Below are positions 1-13,945 of a DNA stretch of 64,000 nt, one piece after another (the stretch's first letter is position 1; each line of letters opens with the position of its first letter). Source of the stretch: Curvularia clavata. Lineage: Eukaryota. Below the pieces are notes generated by a model. The model made no database searches, was not told the DNA's origin, and saw only the letters and a program-made list of their open reading frames with translations. The position numbers and the translations under genes are program-made. Where the stretch lies: NCBI GenBank assembly GCA_023920165.1, contig CP089280.1, forward strand, positions 1,674,001 to 1,738,000, read 5' to 3'.

Positions 1-1149
1 GCAAGGGCGCTGCCGCCTGCCGTGGCTGCCTTGCTCGCCGTCACCACTATCCCCAAGATTCCCGCCCGCCGACGACAACGCTCCACTATGGACAAGACCA
101 TCTCCATGGATGAGCTGATACAGGAGTGGAAGCAGGAGGACTCTGATATCCCACCGTCGCTGTCGGGCTCTCCCATGGACCTGCTGCTTGGCCGTATCGA
201 CGACTCGGATGACGAGGACAGTAGCGTCACAAGCATGGAGCCAGAGAAGGCGTCTTTCTTAACCTCTAGGTCTATTTCTAGTGACTCCATCTCTCTGCCG
301 CCGTCGTTGGACTACGAAGACCCTTCCTACGCATCTCACTGGGATAACATCAGCACACCAGATTCCATTGGTCGAAAGTCACTACCAGAGCGAAAGGAGA
401 AGGTTGTCTCATCACCACCAAAAGAGGATTGCATTCTGGATCATCCTCTTCTTCACTTTGGCCCAGACGATTGCGAGGATATCATTGCTACCAACATCGA
501 CGACACCGTTGTCCCTACACCTCCAGCCGAGCGGTTCAGGTCATTCAAGTCCAACTTGACTGCGTCTTTCCAAGCCCTAAAGTCAGCCGCCAAATCCTTC
601 TCCAATTTTACTGCACCAAGTGTGCCCCCGGATGATTTCCTCACGCGATCGCTCCTGTCACCCCGGTTCACCAGCGAGATGCGACCGAAGCAAGTCGATG
701 GGCTGCCGTCGCCCGAACTGCGACGTTATCTCAACCCCCAGCCGGCACCGATTTCACCCACCGAGTTGTCCATGCACCTCCACGACTCCTTCATGCTAGA
801 TACCGACGACGACCCCCACGCGCCCATGATCCAACTGCAGACATACGAGCGCCGCGGTCGAGCACAAAAGTCACGCCGTAATCGTGCCGCGGATCCGCTA
901 TCCGAAGCCGGAAGGGTCCTGTCTGCCGACGCGCCCACCGTGCGGCAGCGCGAGCCTCGTGAGAATAGCGACTTTCTCCGTGTCATTGTCCTCGAAATGA
1001 ACATGCGCCGCGTGGGCAAGCTTGACTCCAAGGCCGTCGGCAAGGCGCGAATCTGGCTCCCACCAAGAAAGCCTGCCTCCACGCAACCACCTTCCTGTCA
1101 GGGCCAAAACCGTGTTCCGCTTAGATGGATTCCAGTCTCCTCACCCTGA
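1..1149 (+). CDS. Fungal hypothetical protein, 5'-truncated by the window edge
   Basis: Frame 1 is open from base 1 to TGA at 1149. Ser/Pro/Asp-rich protein with an ordered C-terminal block RQREPRENSDFLRVIVLEMNMRRVGKL. No function recognised. Confidence 0.75.
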   Translation, partial: ARALPPAVAALLAVTTIPKIPARRRQRSTMDKTISMDELIQEWKQEDSDIPPSLSGSPMDLLLGRIDDSDDEDSSVTSMEPEKASFLTSRSISSDSISLPPSLDYEDPSYASHWDNISTPDSIGRKSLPERKEKVVSSPPKEDCILDHPLLHFGPDDCEDIIATNIDDTVVPTPPAERFRSFKSNLTASFQALKSAAKSFSNFTAPSVPPDDFLTRSLLSPRFTSEMRPKQVDGLPSPELRRYLNPQPAPISPTELSMHLHDSFMLDTDDDPHAPMIQLQTYERRGRAQKSRRNRAADPLSEAGRVLSADAPTVRQREPRENSDFLRVIVLEMNMRRVGKLDSKAVGKARIWLPPRKPASTQPPSCQGQNRVPLRWIPVSSP

Positions 1150-3172
1150 GTAAACCCTACTGCCGGTGCGATAAGACGGCTGCCGTAAGATTCGACCCCT
1201 TCGCCGTTGGGCACGCACGCAGCCCAATGCGTGCATCACCCTCGCCTACCTCCATACAACCAGATGGACCGAGCCTGCACGTTGCAAGGCGTCTCCACAT
1301 TACGTGGCGCTTCGTATGCGACCTTTCGATCCTGCGTCATTGGCTGACATGGAGCCCTGGAGGCGATCCCGGATTCAGTTTCTCCGAAAGATCGCATGAC
1401 TTGCCTTAGTCTGGCGCGACGGGTCTAGCGGGTCCGCCGTCCATCAAAATTGCTCGACTTGGTATAGGCTTCACGGAGACCGTTACACTGGGAATTTGCG
1501 CCTCGCTTACCATTTTACACAAAATCTGGATAAAGTCATGGAATTCCCTGGATTCGACAACATGGGAAAAGCAGGTTGTACCATGATGACTGGGGTTAAG
1601 TTGTTGTGCCACCTCAGCAGACGCGACCACGGAGTTTAGTCGGAGCCGAGATCGTCACAGTGGGCAAGGGGGAAGAAGAAGAAAAAAACAGCACATCGTT
1701 TGGTTCGCAACGCTGTCAACCAACCAGTGTCCGGTGACACCAAATTTTCATCGGTTCCTGAGTTGGCAGGGCGTTAGGGAGCGTTCGGGAGCGGAACATG
1801 CCTTTTTTTTCGCGGTACGACAAACTCCCACCTTTGGCTCGTGGCAGCAAACCAGAGGCTCCGAAATGCCGGGTCTCGCCGACGCCGGTGTGGGGGGCGC
1901 TGTTACACATTTGCATCGAGCAATCATTCTCCCGTAGCCCTATGGGGGTTACTATGTACCGCGGAGAGGCTGGGCCACGTTGGTCTAAGAGAAATGCTTC
2001 AAAGCTAACTTTTAGGAATTTTTTCTCCTCTTCATTTCCGAAGCGGGATTTTTTTTTGTTATTGTGCGCATATTAGCGAGGGTTTTGTCGGTGTGCAGGA
2101 GTTTTTTTCTTCTTGTCTATTTTTGATTGGGCTTTCGCGGCATGAGCATGGAAAGGGCGTTTTTCTGTGTGTTGGTGTGTCTATGTGTGCGGCGCATATG
2201 GACGGTCAAGCGCTGACCGCTTCTTTTGCTTTTTTTCGCTTCTCACCATTTCTCGACTCTTCTTCTTGGCATTTTTTGCGAATAAGCGATGCAATTCAGA
2301 GTCGCGGCTACAAAGCGTGCGTTTTTATCTTCTGATATTGTTTATATCCTAAAGACTGGAAAAATATAGGCGCGAGCCTTGGCGGTGAGCAAATAGCACC
2401 CAGATTGAGTGTGCGACTAAGATAGAAATTACTGAGTCTCTGACATATATGAGTACCAGTGTCCATAGGATTGTGATATTTTAAATTTGTATATCGGTGT
2501 GTGTGTGAATGTATACAATATTTCTATTCTACAGAAATGAATAGTATTGGTTGAAAGACAGTTGTTCAGCACCTGGTATACGCTCCCCCCTTTCCCACCT
2601 TCAACGTTACACAACGTAAGAAAATAGGCAAACATAGATAAAGAATAGATACTCTCTCTCTCTCTGCACTCCAGTCAACCAGGTATATCCTTCTTTTGGG
2701 TCTATGCCAATCTAACGTGAACATTAGCCGCAAACTCGTATAATTGCATATGTAATACATTTTGACCGAAGGTGTTATTAACAAATAAATTATCACAATA
2801 GAGATAGATTGACATATTATATTGAAATATACATCTGGCCTCCCTCTCGTACTGCATTGCTTTGTGTACAACGTCCTCCTGCTCATCACACTCGGGACGG
2901 AAGCGGGGTTCTTACTCTTTGACATGTTACCTGTGTACCAACCAACCTTGATATTCCAGAATATCAGCACAGCTATCAAAACAATATATAATCGCAAAAG
3001 GGAACGTTTTCAGGCTCGTAACAATGCAGGCATGATATTTGCAGCTTTGCACATCCGTGAATTCTCGCCCATTCACCAAGTGCCAAAAAAATAAACCCCT
3101 TCATCCTCCTGGTTCAGCCGGACCACAACAACCCTATAGAGCCAGCAGAAGGACAAGAGAGCAAAAAAGAAG

Positions 3173-3255
3173 TGACCTAACCAGGGGTCGAACCTGGAAT
3201 CTCTTGATATCGAATTCAATCGTAGTCAAGCGCCTTGCCATTGGGCCATTAGGCC
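3173..3255 (-). tRNA. tRNA-Arg(ACG) with 11-nt intron
   Basis: Reverse complement folds as a cloverleaf: acceptor GGCCTAA/TTAGGTC+A, anticodon stem CTTGA/TCAAG with loop CT-ACG-A, intron TTGAATTCGAT after position 37, T-arm CCAGG-TTCGACC-CCTGG, followed by a T-run terminator. Confidence 0.95.
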
Positions 3256-4475
3256 TATTTCTTGCTTCGATGATGAGATTGACTTTTGTATACAATATAT
3301 TGTCTGAAAAAAATTACACCCACACGCAACGACTGTATCTCTTCACTCTCAATGGCAAACCGTGAACGTGTCTTGCCCTCCCAGTAGGTCGAATTTTCCC
3401 CTCTGGTTGGAAAAAAAAAATCCAACACCCCACTAACGTGGTAGCGCGAGCAGCCCCTCCCAGCACAACCCCCCGGCTAATGACGACAACGGCGCTGATC
3501 GCGTGCCTCGCACGTGCAAGGCTTGTCTCCACTACGCGTTACGCATACGCATACCCGATATACACTTGTTGGACAGGGACAGACGAGCTCACACTTAGAG
3601 GAGGGGGTGGAAAAGTAGAACTGACATCATTGCATGGCTTGGTGCAAAGGGGAAGAGCAGGTATGCCGATGATACAACTCTCACACACTGGCTGCTGCTG
3701 CTGCTGCTTACATGTGATACCGACGGGGAACATGTCAAAAGTCGGTATCATGGTGTAGAGGTGTTTATGGCGATTCATCGACGTTCTATGTACATATGTG
3801 CAGAAAGAGAGAGCTGCATTGGGAGTGTATGCATGTTTGAGGCGTTGAAGCTGCATTGCATAGTATGGTATGGATGCGAGGAGTTGGAGGTGTTCGACAC
3901 GTGCTGGAGTCGGGCCGAAGGGAACGAAAAAAATTGGGGTCATGGATAGATGGATGGACATGCAAGTGGATGGGAAGGGTAGGGAGCACGTGATGAGGTG
4001 ATGTTGTATGGTGTGGTAGTACTGGAATTGGGCTGGCTTATTGTTTGGGCGTGGATGGATGGATGGATGTTGCAAGGTAGTGTTTTCTACCAGATGAGAG
4101 CAAGGAAAAGGACAGCGTATGGCAACCAAATTGTACGCACTGAATGTTTGCGCAACGCATTGCTCATCTCCAACAAACTGATGTCACAGTCGACGTTTCC
4201 TTGCATCAACCCCCAAAAGAGCACTCACGTGAGAACCAACATGCGCACATCCCACTACTTCGCGTATACCAATCAAACAACTCGGATTATAACTGCCCGT
4301 ACGAACCAACGTTACCAATCTATATTATACACGTCCCGAACGATAGCCCGTTTCCCCGTATAATCTACAGAAAAAACAGGGTAAACATGCATGTCCGAAA
4401 TGTGACCGGAAAACCCCCCAGCTTATCCCTTTCCCCCCCGTCGTCATCGGCCCTTTACGGAATCCACACCAGCAC

Positions 4476-7400
4476 CTATGCATAGCTTGCCCACCCCATG
4501 TATAGCACAGCCAGGTTACGTTCGTCGGTGGCTTGCTGAATGAGTTCATTGACGGTGGCTTTCGTGCTCAACGTCTTGCTCAGCTTCTTCTCCACCACAC
4601 TAAGCGCTCTACCCGCTTCACCAGCCTGGTCTTCCTTCTCTCGTTTCTTGTTGCTCTCATGCACGACACCTGCCGCCTCTTCAACGGCCGCTTGGCCAGA
4701 AGGAGCAGGGGTACCCGCCGGTGCGACGCTGGCTGAGCGTGCAGTACCGTTTGCACCGGCGGTTTCTTGGTTTGCTTCTTGCATACGTTTGGCCTTTGTC
4801 GGAGTGACGCTCCAGTTGACCAAGGGGTCATAGCGCAGAACATTGAGCAGAGTCATGATGCTCTCCCGCTCCTCCCGTAGCGTGTCCATGGTGAACTCGC
4901 AGCATCGTCGGAAGACGCCTTCCGTCTTGGTGTACCCCATGCCATCCACCAAGTCACGCGTCAATCGGAACGGGACCACTTCCGGTACGGGCAGAACCCG
5001 ACCGGCTTCAAAACTCACTCCCAGATCAATGTGCACGACTTCACCAGACTTCTCGTCAAGCAGGATATTATGACAGTGGCGGTCGCCTAGACCAAGTACA
5101 TGGCCAAGGATAGAAATGGCAGCTGTCGAGCGTGTATATGCCAGACGGCGTTCGAACCACTCGTCGGGATCTTCAAAGCGCTCGAGCAGGAAGTAGCGCA
5201 TCACAGGATGGAAATTTTCTGCAATCTTCTGCCATACCTTGACTCGTGTAGTGAGCGAGTCTTGTTGACACGCGCCGATCTCTTTACGACATCTGTCTGG
5301 CTTGTAGTCATTCGGATAGTACCTCTCATGAGCTGGCATGACCCACAGATGCAAGGGAACTGTGTTTTGCACAAACTCCATCAGACCGGAGCGAGTGGAC
5401 AGCGGTAGCACTTTGTAAGTGCGGATGCCAAGGTTCCGAACACGCGTAGCTGTGTGGTTCTTTAGCAGGCGTGAAACTTGGTCAAAGACCTGCTCCATGA
5501 TGGCGTCCTGACGTAGATCATCGTTTCCAGATTTGAACAATTGTTTGTACGGCCTGCCGTCTGTGCCTTTGGCAGTGATGATCTTGGGCGCACTGAGTCC
5601 GTTTGCGATGCTCATTGTCGATTTGAAACCGGCGATTCTTGGCAGATCGTTGTAGTTCATGTTTGGTCGGACTTCAATCTGGAGGGTGGCAGGTGGAACA
5701 TTGAGTTTAGGGACCTTGCTGACTAGGTCCTTGGACTCCTTGTACCTGTCGAGCTGCAACTCACGTCCTTGTTGAGTACTCTCCTTCTCACCCTTGAACA
5801 TGGCAAGATGGTGGTAGATTTCATTGGACTGGGAAATAGAACTCCAGTACGGCCGGGCTCTCTTATCACCGCTAAGTGCCGTAGCAAGAGCAGATGCAGC
5901 TTTCTGGCGTGACTTCGCAGACTCGTCTTTGGCTCGAACGACATCCTCCCTAGTGATGGCGCCCACTTTCATTTGTATCGCGAAGATTTGATGCATGCCA
6001 TGGTATGGATGCTCGACACATATACGAAACACGAGCTCCATCAGGAGGTGCTGAAATTCATTTTCCTCTGCTTGCAGTCGCGATGAGAGTTGGTTCATCA
6101 GCAGTGCAAACTTGCCGCTAGGGACGTCTTTGAGATATGTTTTCACGGCCTGGTTCGCTAGTGGAGTATCGCAGTACTCCAACCACAAGGAGAACACGCG
6201 GAGTGCGTCGTTGTTATACTCGTCGCAGGCGGACAGTGATAGAAGATAATTCTCCAGACACTGGCGTAAGAACTGCTCTCGACCTTTGCGCATTCGTTCG
6301 TACTCTGCGTTGTCCAGATCGTACCAATTTTTGGCGCGGCGGGCATTTCGGTAATAGGTCTCTCGCATCCCTCTGCTCTTGTCGGTCTTAGAGAGCTTGG
6401 TGAAGTCATGATATTCCTGCAGCTTGCGGTCCATCACTGTCTTGATCCGGTCCATGTCCTCAGCCGCTTCAGGGCTGAGAAGTTGTTTGTCGCAGAACAG
6501 CGCAAATTCGTGGAAAACTTGACCTGATCCTGAACCTTGCCGCTGACCCTTAAGTTCCCGGATTGCTGGTTCTAGGTATTCGCTCATAATTGTGTCTGGT
6601 TTTGCTAGGCGGGCTTCAGCGAGATGATGACCCTGACGTTGTTAGCGAAGTTAAACACCACCGGTTTGTAATACTTACGAGCCGAGCAAGCAACACTGGC
6701 AGGCTCAAATCGACGTTTTGGGAATCAAAGTCGGCATGATCGATTAAGTGTTGACGCATTCTGATGGAAATCTCGGTTTCACCCTGTTCCCAAAGAACAT
6801 TCGCTACCTCGTGTTGAGCGATAGCTTCAACGTCTAGACCTATAACCTTGCATTGTGGTACAATGTCGGAGAGATAGGTTACGCTTGCGAGAGATTCTTG
6901 AAGCGCGCCATGCTTCCTGCACATACTAGACGATGATACTAGGGCTTCTACTTCTATACCACGTATGGTTGCAGTTCTTGTATGCAGCGAGTTGACAAGA
7001 ACGGGACTAGAGCTGAGCACGCTAAACAACGTTTCGCGACAAGACAGAAGTTGGCGCACGTCGGCAAATCTAGCATGAATTAGTATTTGTTCTCTATAGC
7101 TGGTAAAGAAGACTTACTCGCCAGCCCGCATCCACTTCTCTCTCGACTTCATCCGGTCCCAGGTATCTAGCAGGTGTTCTGAGCGCTCAGCCGTGATGAC
7201 CTCTTCGGCTTCTGTGAGTACCCCCAGCGTGCGCAGGCGGATCTTAGTTGGCACAGAAGAGTTCTCCTTGCCAGAAAGGAAATTCATCGTCATCTGTAAC
7301 TGGTGACTGAAGTTTTCTTGAGCTTCTTCGACACTTTTCGCGTAATGCATTCCTTGAAATGCCTTGAATAGCGTACTTGCTTCTGTGTTGTTAGTATCAG

Positions 7401-10400
7401 GAGCTTTGATGTCCCACTGGCCGAGCTTGCGAGCCGTGTGAAGTGTACTTTCCACCACATCATCACCCGCATCGTGGAATTGATCGTTCAAGAGCAGGGA
7501 GTGAGTAACACTGTTCATGTTAAGCATGATCAGCGACTTGATTGTGCCACGAGAATCTGTGGGTTCGCATTCGTTCTGCCTGCGCATTTGGCTGTCGAGA
7601 CGAGCTCCACGGAAGAGGAGACTTTTGAGACCGTCTCCCTCGTAGTCAAGACGATCGAGAACTGATGAGAGACTTGAGCCCCGATCTACGCCGTAGAAGG
7701 AATCAGGCTCGTCGAGATTTTTATAGATGGAGAGTTGGAGTTGGAGCGGTATCTTCGGTGGGTCAACCATGACTGAAGATCTTCTCGTACTACTCTTCAC
7801 CACAGGCTGGCCGGATGATGTTTCCGCAAACAAAAGCGCACTCCTGTACATCCCACATGCACTTGCAGCCTGCGAAGCCTCAAGATAGTTAATATCCAAC
7901 CATTTGTCTCGATCCACTCGGGTAGCCTCTTTTGGTATTGGCTGACTCCGAAGGTAAAGAATACATTGCACGATGACGCGGACGTGTGGTGTCGTGGTCG
8001 AATTGCAGTCGCGGAACCAAACAGCTATGGCTTTCGAAACAGTACTACGAACACTTCGTTCTTCCTCAAACTCATCTAGAAGGACGAGATGAAGTATGTA
8101 TGGCAAGAGCTTCTCGGCCATATGGTCTATGCCAGTCAGAAGACTGGGAAGGGCATCGAGTATGGGGTCTTCAGTTGCAACTCTGCAAAGCGCCACGGCC
8201 AAGCCTCTTACCCAAGAGTTTATTGGTTTGGGATGTGTAGGAGATATTGCCTGTTCGAGTCCATCTGTTGAGGATTGCGACGGTTCGTCCGGCTCTGGTG
8301 GCCTGCACATCAGAGCTTTGGCAATTGCGTCTGGAATGACGCGTTGCATCTCCGTCATGTACTGCGAGTCTGGAACTAGGCGAGAGATCAAATGTCGCAC
8401 GGCATCTTCCGCCAGGCTCACTTCGATCCGGTCGTCGCTATAGAAGAGATCAATGACTTCTTTGACAATGGCCTCTCTGGAAGATGTCCCATGTGCAGAC
8501 CTTGCGCTCTGACTTGAGGACGACCAAGGTTGAGTTCTAGCCGAGCTTTGTTTTACTTCTCCGAAAGCGCTATACGCTCGACCTAAGACGCGTGCCGTCC
8601 ATAACAGATAACCTTCGCCTACTTTACTTCGTCGACTTGACTCCCAGACCAGAGGCGCGTACTCTGCAGCGTCGTGATCCAAGCCGAGAACATCATCTCG
8701 TGCTGTGGGTGCTGGCTGAAAGTTTTGGCAAAGCAAGTCCAACGCAACATCCCGCGATGTTTTGTTCAGTAGTTTGCGCCCTGAGCGAACGTCGTCCAGT
8801 ATCTCTAACAAGAGCTTGCTCTCGTCACTGCCGCGAAATGAGTTGCCTTCTGCATTCACTTGCGAGGCAGCGGTGGTAATGAGCTTGAATGCTTTTACAG
8901 CTGAAGAACGCTCGATAGTGGCAATGGCCTGGGCATGAGCTTTAAGATATTCGGTAAGCCAAGTATGGAATCGATTGGCTGCATTCATAGTCGCTATGTG
9001 CTGCGACTGCTGGGTGGTGCTATCCTGCGAAGAGCTCAAAAATACCCGGAGGGAGATGAGAATCGACAAGCCGATGCCCGTCACGAAGCTGAGCTGCTGT
9101 CGGAGATATTCAGCGCCATGCTCGAACAAGTACTGCATGATTCCAACTGTGTCTTCTGCGCATTGTACGTCTGTAAGGAATGGGCGTAGCGATTGAAGTG
9201 TCATTTGCAACGGATAACCCTCATGAGCGACGGGGCCAGCGAGTGCAACAACGATTCGGATCTTGCGGATCACTGACCTTGCATACAGAGAACCAAGAGC
9301 TGGGTGAATGCGATCAAGCAGGGAGCGCAATACAAAGGTGTATATGCTTGGAGACCAGAAACTGGCGGGTCTATCACCAGTCCGTCTGCATAGGCGTTCC
9401 AGTTGATCTGGTATGTAGTAGGCAGAAAAAGAAGGCTCAATCCCCATGTTGATACCTTGCGCGGATTGGCTGATCCCGGTGATATCAGCCAGAACTGATG
9501 CGGCAGGATTGAAGGCTGGCTTCTTTTCTAACGATTTGGCGATGCGTTCTTCGTAATTGACGGTTTGAAACATGTGGCCCAGAACCTGAGCGAAATGCTT
9601 CAGTATCAGGCTGTAATATTTGTCGCTGCCGACCATCTCCTTCAATAGATTACCGTAGCTGGAGTCTGCTTTGTTGCGAGCAGAGCCTCTGCAAGTATCC
9701 CATGCTATGGTATATGCGGCTGCCTTGCCAATGTTTTTCGACAGCAGATCTTGTACTGAGTGTCCAAGTTGGCTGGCCAGATACTCCACTTCATCCTCTC
9801 GCCCGAACATTATCGCTTGTCCTACAACTTCGGCTTCGATGTCGCGTAGCAGATCAGGAAGCGAGGCGTAATTGAAAACCAAAAAGGGAATGGCACTGAT
9901 CTTCTGACCTCGATCCAACCATGTGTAGATGACTTGCGGGGCGAAGAGCCTAAAGAGGCTCTGGGAGTCACCAAGGCGCCTGGACTGAGCGACCTTGGAA
10001 ATGCAACGCTTTGCATGAAGAGCAGCGCCATGTATTGTCCCTGCTGTTGCAAAGATACGGTACACACTGTGACGCAGCAATGTGTGCCATTGTGATGCCA
10101 ACTGCGAAAGAACAAGCAGTCGAACGGCGATTCCTTCTGTGCCCTCGTCGTCTCCAGGAAGACTGCTGTCGACATCCTGGAGGATCTTGTCGTGTTCAGA
10201 AAGGACAAAATCTTCGAATATCCGCGGCAAGCGCTCGGCAATGTGATACTTGACTGTCATGTCACCACTTGCCAAAAGCTCAAACAAGCTTGTTCGAACT
10301 GAAGGGACCTTGCGGGTTTGTGCAAAATCGGGGTGGTGTTTGAGGAGGCCATGGAGGAAGATAGCAATGGTGGTCTGCAAATTTGCTGAGCGCCTTACGC

Positions 10401-13400
10401 CTCCTTTTTCCATCTCCTTGACGTAATATACATACAACGCCTCGACGTTCTCGTAAAGATCCTGAGCCTCCCGGTCGACTGTATCCGGAGCCCAGACAAG
10501 CGTTGTTCCAATCAATACTTCGACGAGCATGCCATTAGCGACCTCTGACGTGTTGTATTCGCGAGCACGAGGATCGATGAGTGCTTCACTAAAGCGCTCG
10601 AGGAGACTCAAGCAGTCGTTTCTAGAAATTTTTAGGCTACTGTTCCACATTCCCCGAAGAAATTGACGTGAGCGAAGTAGATCGCTCTCCGAAAGAGATA
10701 CCAGATAATCTATGAACTTGGACGGAATCATCTCGTGATCAGACTCGGGAGCCTCCACTACCGAGCATATGAATTTAAGATAAGTCGAGCAGGATGTTCG
10801 TAAAGCAGGTATGTCATTGTCAGCTTGTAGATCATGTCGAGGCACCTCGTTATCAGAGATGGAGGGTCCCACGGTCATCTGCGAGCCGGATGGATCGTCC
10901 ACCTCCATGAAATCATCGTCTTCTGCATAGAATGATTGTTTAATCTCTTTGCGTTGTTCGAGGGCCTTGGATAGATGTTGAGCTAGTAAATGGATACCCG
11001 CTCGCTTATAGATATTGATGTTTTTACTGGGGAGGGAGCCAATGTCCGGAAGACTCTTTGTACAAACCTCGAGAACGGCGTCAATTTTGTATTGTTCCGT
11101 CTGGGGCCTGGCCAAAGTGGTAGCGAGAGAATCTATTAGGTTGGTAACGGATGAATGGAGGGCAGATACTCGCCGGTCATCGGGATCACCAAGAGTTCCA
11201 ACAGCGGGCGCGACGATACAGAGAACTGTGATAATACGCATCATGTCCGAAGTGATACCTGCAATATTTGTAGATATCATATCCTTCCACCGTTGCTTAG
11301 CCTTGTCAGTCTCTGACAGACAGAAATCAATTATCCTGTTTCCCATTTGTGTAGGATGATGGTCGCTGGTCGGCTCTTCGGAAGAAGTAAGTCCATATGC
11401 ATTCGTCATGGTAAAAGCCTCGGTGGGTGGAAGAAGTAAAAGGTAGTGAGCCAGGTCTTTGAAGCGCATCATATAAGTTCTAGCCTGTGCTATGGGTCCT
11501 AAGATGAGAAAACTTGCTGGCTTGGGTGGCGCAAAGGGTAAGTCAAGACAAGTATGAATGATGCGTAGCACATCGCGAGCATTGCAATGGTGTGCAGCCA
11601 ACGAGGAATAAGTCCTCTCGGACCAGCAACCTTGGATATGTCAGTGGAGCTTATTGAGATGCATGGTAGCACTTACTTGGGGTCCATTTTCCGAGGAGCC
11701 AATTGAGGACTCGCTCGGCCGTCGCGCTGAAGTGGGTAGGGTTTTCCTTGACACGCTCCTTCAGAATGGTAGTCATCAGTGAAGAACTGCTTTCGGTAAG
11801 GAGTGCAGGTCCGTTCAGCTCGATGGATGTGAGTATGGACTGTGCAGTTCCTGATACTGCCGAGAAAGGGACGATGTTGAGCCTAATCAGGACGTCCATA
11901 AGGTGGCACGCTGCGCGGGATATGGAAATGGAAGTGACCGAGCGGGAAGCGCTCTGCCAAGCAGAGATCCAGTAAGGAAGAAGCGAAGCATGGCATGCTG
12001 ACTGCTGGAGGGCAGCCCTGAGTGAGAGTTAGATGATGCTTGACTGTATGCGGCGGTAAATACTTACCCTGCCAAGCCTATCATTGCCCATACAGAATGT
12101 ACAGGGTTCTCGTCTGAGATGCATGAAGTAAGCTTCTCCAGCATGGGTTGGAGCTCCTCCTCATCGAAGGGGCCCTCTTGTACCATGAAAGCAACAATCT
12201 GCAGCGCTGCTCGTTTGGCATTGGATCTGGGTTCAGAGACATGACGCAGGTATTCTGAAAACATCTGAGTGATGCGAGGACGTTTGCTGACACTCTCTTC
12301 AGTATCGCTACGATCGAAGGCGATAGTTCGTCTTCTCGTGTCAAGTATGAAGGAGAAGCGCGCAATTGCAGCAACTGTAGACCAGAGTCCTTCATATCGC
12401 TGGTGCTCTGTCTCAAGGGAAAATGCGTACGTGTTCAGCGGATGGGTATCGTCAGCAGGAGAGCCCAGGTGTCGAAAGCAAAGATGATCTTCTTCGAGAT
12501 ATTGGTGAGCGGTGGTTTCTTGCCTGCGCCGGTAGTCGCTATACATGGTCTCGACGAGGGCCTCGAGATCTGAACTAGTCTCATCATGCGGATCAGTAAG
12601 GAGACTTGCGATGTGTGCTTCAGTATACGTCAGGGTGATTAATATTTCATCTCGCAGTATGGAATCGGACCACATGGACTTGAGCAGAGGCAGCAATTGC
12701 TGTGTTGTCCGTTTAGTCAATTCAAGGGACTGCAATGCAGTGCGAGCAAGGACAGAATTCACGGCCGCAAGCGCAGCTACAACGACGCTTCCACGGCCAG
12801 TCTTGTGTTGCAGATATCGCAACAGAGCGGCTAAGATGGCCTCAGACCGATCAAGCAATGGCGCGTTGGAAGCTCTAACAAGATGATGTATGCAGTGCAC
12901 AAAGTCATCTATTGCATAGACATGCTCGGCAACAGCTGGCTTGGTCCTGGGCACAGCCAAGCGAGGCGATGCTCTAGACGAGGAGAAGTCGGCAGATTCG
13001 AGGGGAGTGCGAGCGCGATGCGACGCGGTACTACTCCAGCTATTCTGGGGCTCACCTTGGGCAGCAGATGACTCGGAGAAGAAGCTGGCGAGCGAGTCAA
13101 TGCAGAAGTCTACTGCCTCGTCCCAGCAGCCTTTAGACAGACGCTCGACATGGGGCTGGTACTCGAGCAGTGAGCGCAGGGTCTTGGGCAGGTCTTCTAG
13201 GAGCGGTTCGACCAAGCCGCCGTTGGATGGCAATACTTCGATGATGGTGTCTATGATGATCTCTACTGTGGAGCTCTTGATGGTGCGCACGCCCGACGCA
13301 ATGACATGACGCAAGGCTGAAGCGGACAATGGAAGGAGTGCCGCTGTCTTGGTCGTACGGGCCTTGTTGCGCACAAAGGACGCCCGCTCATCACGCAGGC

Positions 13401-13631
13401 ATTGGAAAAGGGTCTCGCATAGCGCCAGGTATGCTTTGTTCCCAAGCGCCTCTAGGCTGGGCTTGCCGCGATTATGCTTGAGGATATGGATAAGGTCTTT
13501 GAGGCCGGTCGTTCGGTCGACCACACGCGACGATTGGATCAGGACTGCGCTCTGTTAGCACGTACGCATGCGCTCGAGGCGACAATTTGTGAGGGCTTAC
13601 GCTTTGCGTCCTGAATGTTGGTGGCCCCCAT
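4476..13631 (-). CDS. TEL1: ATM/Tel1 PIKK-family serine/threonine kinase (multi-exon)
   Basis: Spliced start MGATNIQDAK-LLIQSSRVVDRTTGLKDL (TAN-like; ATG 13631). ORFs 12064-13524, 11651-11899, 7114-11601, 6616-7059 and 4476-6587 join across short GT-AG introns. Kinase motifs KSGNDDLRQD, GLGDRHCHNIL, HIDLG, VPFRLTRD; FATC end DERNLAVLYMGWASYA. Confidence 0.96.
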
Positions 13632-13945
13632 GCCCGGCACTCACTTCTAGGCTGGCTACTACGTGTGCTGCGCCGTCTCAGAGCAATCAATTGCGCCAGA
13701 CAGAGTTGGCATGCCGCGATACACACAGCAATTAGGAGAGACTCTACCGTCGCAGCATGGCTGTGCTTTGCCCGGTGCGGAGTTTACGGCGGAGGTGCGT
13801 AGTGACGGGGGAGCGCGTCCAGGGCTGGCCCACAATCGGCGCTAAGAGCTTCTCGCGTTCTGAGAAAGTCCGTCGAGCTTCATTGGGACAAAAACACCAA
13901 AACACCCCCCACGTATCATGCGCCAGCCTGCTGCGCGACACTCCC
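13632..13945. promoter_or_regulatory. Short bidirectional promoter region between TEL1 and NUP192
   Basis: Only 314 bp separate the divergent start codons at 13631 (-) and 13946 (+). No specific motif assigned. Confidence 0.6.

Noticed and set aside
1150..4470. Short ORFs flanking the tRNA-Arg gene
   Set aside because: Low-complexity, T-rich or repeat-derived translations without recognisable motifs; likely UTR or intergenic sequence.
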